A stretch of 64,000 bases of DNA from Nitrospirota bacterium (GTDB lineage Bacteria > Nitrospirota > UBA9217). Below are positions 60,363-64,000 of this stretch, piece by piece. The stretch is from NCBI GenBank assembly GCA_963818475.1, contig CAWFSF010000003.1, positions 64,001 through 128,000 on the forward strand, given 5' to 3'. The notes beneath the pieces are model-generated. The model worked only from the letters and a program-made list of their open reading frames with translations, was not told where the DNA came from and did not search any database. The position numbers and the translations under genes were made by a program. Within the stretch, counting starts at the first letter, position 1; each line of letters begins with the position of its first letter.

Positions 60363-61589
60363 CTAAAGTATGCTTTGCCCTATTCTCTCCCAATTCACCC
60401 TTCCATCCACCCCGTCCCATGACCAATAAAGCTTCAAAGCTTTCCCCTCAATTGTATTCCTCGGCACCGCTCCCCATACACGGCTGTCCTGGCTGTTATC
60501 CCGGTTGTCGCCAAGAACAAAGACCTCGTTGTCAGGTACGATCCACGGCCCCTGGTTGAAGGTTGCCAGATCATCCCTCAGGTATTGGATACTATGAGCT
60601 TTGTCACCAAGTTGTTCCTCGTAAACCATTATGTTTGAAGTCCTGCCAGGGAGATTACCCGGCCGTGTCTGAATAAGTTTTTTTGGAACGATATTGTCAT
60701 TTATATAGAGGTCGCCGTTTATGAACTGCACTTTGTCACCGCCGATTGCTATTGCCCGCTTAATGAAGTTCTTCGCTGGATTCTCAGGATAAGGGAAAAC
60801 AACGATATCTCCGCGCTGAAGACCGTCCACTGCTTTTTGTCTCTTGTCGATCAGAAGGTGATCGCCGATCTGGAGCGTAGGGACCATGGAGCCGGCCGGG
60901 ATTTTATAGGCCTTCAGGAAATTTTCCTTTATGATAGGCCCATAAGGCATCGTTTTCAAAAACAACATTACCATAATAAAGACCAGCAAGCCGTTGCCTT
61001 GATTTAAAAACCGTTCCGATGAGCCATTGCGTTTCTCAGCTGAATCAAAAGCGTCCTTTATCGAGAAAAAGTACAGCGCCAAAGCCAGGAGGGAAAACTG
61101 ATAAAAGATATCTTCCCCTGCAAACACGCAAAGAAGAGCGACAACAAATCCAATTCCCTTCACCACCTGCCCGTTATAAAACTGGCCCATTCCCGGAAAC
61201 AAAAATAAGGACAGGAACGTTGCCATCCATGCTTTCTTCCGTCCTGTCGTGTCAACGATCAGACCGTAAACGCTATTGAATTTCCCGGCCACTTTGTAGG
61301 CATCGAAGAGAGCAGCAATATGAATCACCGAGATAAGAAGCAAGGAGCCGAGACTGACAATCAGGGAGGCCCTTGCCGCAGCCTGAGCATCCAAGGCGAG
61401 GAAACCCGCCATACCCCCAAAAGCCGTGAGGGCAAGAATGATCGCAAATGCGATTAAAAAGATCCCGCGTAATCTTGCCCCTGCGTAGAGATGCCCTGCT
61501 CCCGTAAACAAACCAGTGAGAAATACTGCTTTCCAGGGATGCTTGATCGCAGCTATGTCATCCATCTGCCCGCCCTTATTCGTTTCCAT
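60363..61589 (-). CDS. lepB: Signal peptidase I with extended multi-TM N-terminus
   Basis: GSMVPTL, FIKR, LGDNRDNSQDSR; two (P)GxG(H/Q)xY membrane repeats. Confidence 0.88.
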   Translation of the reverse strand: METNKGGQMDDIAAIKHPWKAVFLTGLFTGAGHLYAGARLRGIFLIAFAIILALTAFGGMAGFLALDAQAAARASLIVSLGSLLLISVIHIAALFDAYKVAGKFNSVYGLIVDTTGRKKAWMATFLSLFLFPGMGQFYNGQVVKGIGFVVALLCVFAGEDIFYQFSLLALALYFFSIKDAFDSAEKRNGSSERFLNQGNGLLVFIMVMLFLKTMPYGPIIKENFLKAYKIPAGSMVPTLQIGDHLLIDKRQKAVDGLQRGDIVVFPYPENPAKNFIKRAIAIGGDKVQFINGDLYINDNIVPKKLIQTRPGNLPGRTSNIMVYEEQLGDKAHSIQYLRDDLATFNQGPWIVPDNEVFVLGDNRDNSQDSRVWGAVPRNTIEGKALKLYWSWDGVDGRVNWERIGQSIL

Positions 61590-61687
61590 AGATTTGTATT
61601 ACAAAGCCCCCGTTCCCACACTTGCAGAAACTCCTGAGGATCAGGTGCTAAATTTTGATGTTCGCCTCTTCCGTGGCGAAGCTGCCC

Positions 61688-61819
61688 TTATCCTTTCTGC
61701 TTCTCTTCCTCATTCTTCCCCGTCATGAACTGCTGATACAGGAACGACACCAAGATCAGCACCGCGGCGAGGCCGACGAAGGATGCCACGCGGTAGAGCT
61801 GGCCGAGCCCAGAGGTCAC
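61688..61819 (-). pseudogene. 3' remnant of DUF2339-family membrane protein gene
   Basis: Manual translation SGLGQLYRVASFVGLAAVLILVSFLYQQF...*. Confidence 0.65.
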
Positions 61820-62307
61820 GGCATAAACGCTTTAGCCGGCACGACCTCTCCGCGCCATTTGCGAACTACTTGTTTGCCTCCCCAGACAAACCATCCGAAG
61901 AGACGTACCGCGATCCAGTAGACATACCGCCACAGAAACTCTGACTTCCCCATGAGCAGGAGGAAACATTTATCTGCCTGACGTCGTTTGATCGGCGTAC
62001 CTTCGCGAAGGAACTGATAGAGCGCATCATGCACCAGTGACGCATAGTAGGCCTTCGGCTTCCCGGTCTCCGCAGAGACAATCCCGTCCGGAGTACCTAT
62101 ACAGAGATCGAGCAGACAAAACTTCGGGCTGCAGCCATTCCAGGTGTACCCCTTCATCACGGTCAGCTTTCCACTTACCTCGATGATCAATCGCACTTTT
62201 TTCTGCTCATCCCGAAAGACGAGGTCTTCGCTGACCCGCAGCGGGGAATCCCAGGTATAGTTCTTCTCGATGCGATACAGCCACTGAACTGCATTCCTGC
62301 ACATCAT
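61816..62307 (-). CDS. DUF1353-like protein
   Basis: GYTWNGCS, ASLVHDALYQ, R.QAD..F, AVRLFG. Confidence 0.72.
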   Translation of the reverse strand: MMCRNAVQWLYRIEKNYTWDSPLRVSEDLVFRDEQKKVRLIIEVSGKLTVMKGYTWNGCSPKFCLLDLCIGTPDGIVSAETGKPKAYYASLVHDALYQFLREGTPIKRRQADKCFLLLMGKSEFLWRYVYWIAVRLFGWFVWGGKQVVRKWRGEVVPAKAFMP

Positions 62308-62429
62308 GATGCATCCACCACCTTTCAGGGAACCCGGAGGGTTTTGAATGTTGATGTTCTTCTCTTCTATGCTTCCCGTTTCTCTTCCTCGAAATTCTAA
62401 TGGAACTGATAGGGTCAGGTCCATACTGT

Positions 62430-63203
62430 TTACCTCTGGACTTCGACTTCCCTCGTTCCATTCTGGTCAATGACCCGCACCTTGTTTTCCGCATAACTTC
62501 TAATGTTGGCCTGTATTGGTATGTTTCGGTCATCCTCGTAATAGAAATCGGTCCTCACAATCGGTTCCCTGGTGTCCGGCCCGTACATGATCATCTCACG
62601 CAGCTGTCCGAGGTCATTATATTCATATTCGGTGTACGTAACGATCGCCTCCTGCGCTCGCAGTATGCTCTTTTGTGTCTCTTCAAAAGCTGAAGGTGTG
62701 CTTGCCGCCAATCCGACCACGAACCCGCCTGCTGTGCCGACAACAGCCCCTGCGACCAGGCCTCCGGCCATCAGTTCCAGATCGTTGCTGCTGTTTTCCT
62801 CGGTCGAGGCGTCCGCCAACGCGAGGGCCATGACCAATCCAACCGCCGCACCATTCTCGAACCCCTTACCGGTCCAGTCGTACACGATTCGCAAAGGGAC
62901 CCTGAAATCGCCATGAGACCGCTTGATCGCGATATCAAACGTCTTGACAGGAGTATCGCCACGAAACAACCCTACCGTGAACCGTTCTCCCGGATCGACA
63001 GGCCGCTTGTTCAGCGTCTTCACAAACAGGGGCAATCCCCTCTGATCATATTCCACTTCCCTCAGGATGACCGTCCGGAGAGAGCCAGAGGACTGATCTG
63101 CCAGGTTCACCTGTTTGGTGCCGCAGGCGGTAAGAAGAATCAAACAGAGGCTCGAAACAAAGATTGCTCGCATATCAACCCGCATATTAATTAGTCGAGA
63201 CAT
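62430..63203 (-). CDS. Putative lipoprotein
   Basis: LTAC lipobox, internal Gly-rich hydrophobic hairpin. Confidence 0.7.
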   Translation of the reverse strand: MSRLINMRVDMRAIFVSSLCLILLTACGTKQVNLADQSSGSLRTVILREVEYDQRGLPLFVKTLNKRPVDPGERFTVGLFRGDTPVKTFDIAIKRSHGDFRVPLRIVYDWTGKGFENGAAVGLVMALALADASTEENSSNDLELMAGGLVAGAVVGTAGGFVVGLAASTPSAFEETQKSILRAQEAIVTYTEYEYNDLGQLREMIMYGPDTREPIVRTDFYYEDDRNIPIQANIRSYAENKVRVIDQNGTREVEVQR

Positions 63204-63396
63204 TTGAAGTTCATGTGTTCTTTGAGCACCGAGAGGACGATGTTACTTACATTCGGTCCCCGCCCCAGACATTCCACGTTGCCTGCCTTCTGGAGATCGC
63301 GAAGGACTTCGCCGAGGTCTTGCCAGATACCACGACGTGATCATGGAGATCGTCTCGGGCTTTGCTGTGAATTGTTTCAAGGTCATCATGGTTTTT

Positions 63397-63744
63397 GTAG
63401 GGGCGAACGGCCGTTCGCCCCTACGATACAATACGATCGGGGTTATTTTCATCCATTTCCCATTTCATTGGATTGTTTTGTATGTATTCTCGAATTCGCT
63501 GCATTTCTTCCGGATTTCTTATGATATGTTCATAATAATTGCGCTGCCATACCGGCGAACCGGGCGACAATCGTTGCTCGTTGATTCTTTTTGTAACCAC
63601 GGATTTGAAACCCGCCATAAACGATGACAACGATTTGGGTTTCATGCATACAATCGGTTCATTGCATGTCTGTAGGGGCGAACGGCCGTCCGCCCCCGCA
63701 ATATGCCGCGCATCAAATTCAGGGCGGACGCCGTCCGCCCCTAC
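63397..63744. repeat. GTAG-type REP palindromes (63397-63424, 63672-63699, 63721-63744)
   Basis: GTAGGGGCGAACGGCCGTTCGCCCCTAC and variants. Confidence 0.88.
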
Positions 63745-64000
63745 ATGATGTATCAATAAAATACCATGAATGTGATTCGGCATAACGATAAATTCATCCA
63801 ATTTCTATTTCCCGCCGGATCGCTGTTGACCGGCTCCATTCTTCCTTTACAGTCCTTCCCTGTTCGTTCAAACAGATATTGCCATCAATAATATCTCCAA
63901 ATAAACATTCCCGGTTCCATGCGCATAGTGTCAGAAAATACGCTCCTGACTGGGAATAATCATACGTCCTCAGACGTATCGATTGTCTATGATGTTTATC
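63421..64000 (-). CDS. REP-associated tyrosine transposase (RAYT, IS200/HUH), partial, frameshift near 63802
   Basis: HHRQSIRL..YDYS..GAYF.T, MPNHIHG, WQRNYYEHIIR, YI..NP..W. Confidence 0.92.

Noticed and set aside
7053-63810. Numerous split genes as programmed frameshifting or mass pseudogenisation
   Set aside because: Single-base indels in many unrelated, otherwise intact genes fit long-read assembly error; needs read-level checking

Overview
A 64-kb, GC-rich bacterial window with most genes on the minus strand. Gene content (Rcp1-type two-component clusters, a multiheme cytochrome c, DUF3300/DUF2950, TerC, a P2A ATPase) suggests an anaerobic diderm such as Nitrospirota or Desulfobacterota (inference only). 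Many long genes are split by single-base indels, most likely long-read assembly error. No rRNA, tRNA or CRISPR array was seen. Accessory content: (i) an N6-adenine methyltransferase plus an unannotated downstream PD-(D/E)xK-like ORF, behind a promoter carrying a GAAC-N4-GTTC operator; (ii) a ~4.1-kb cassette bounded by a 59-bp direct repeat in the 5' end of an Omp85-type gene, carrying a consensus promoter, a miniature group II intron relic and an RCC1-repeat surface protein; (iii) a ~10-kb island between a DUF2339 remnant and a DUF3999-like gene, holding VapBC, a secreted protein with a C-terminal Hint domain, a PIN protein, an IetAS-type AAA+/S8 pair, BrnTA and a signal peptidase; (iv) several MITEs with target-site duplications, a RAYT with REPs, attC-like relics, a repeat inserted in-frame in a Ca-type ATPase, and a GGA-rich candidate Csr/Rsm-type sRNA. 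All family assignments come from motif recognition, not database searches.
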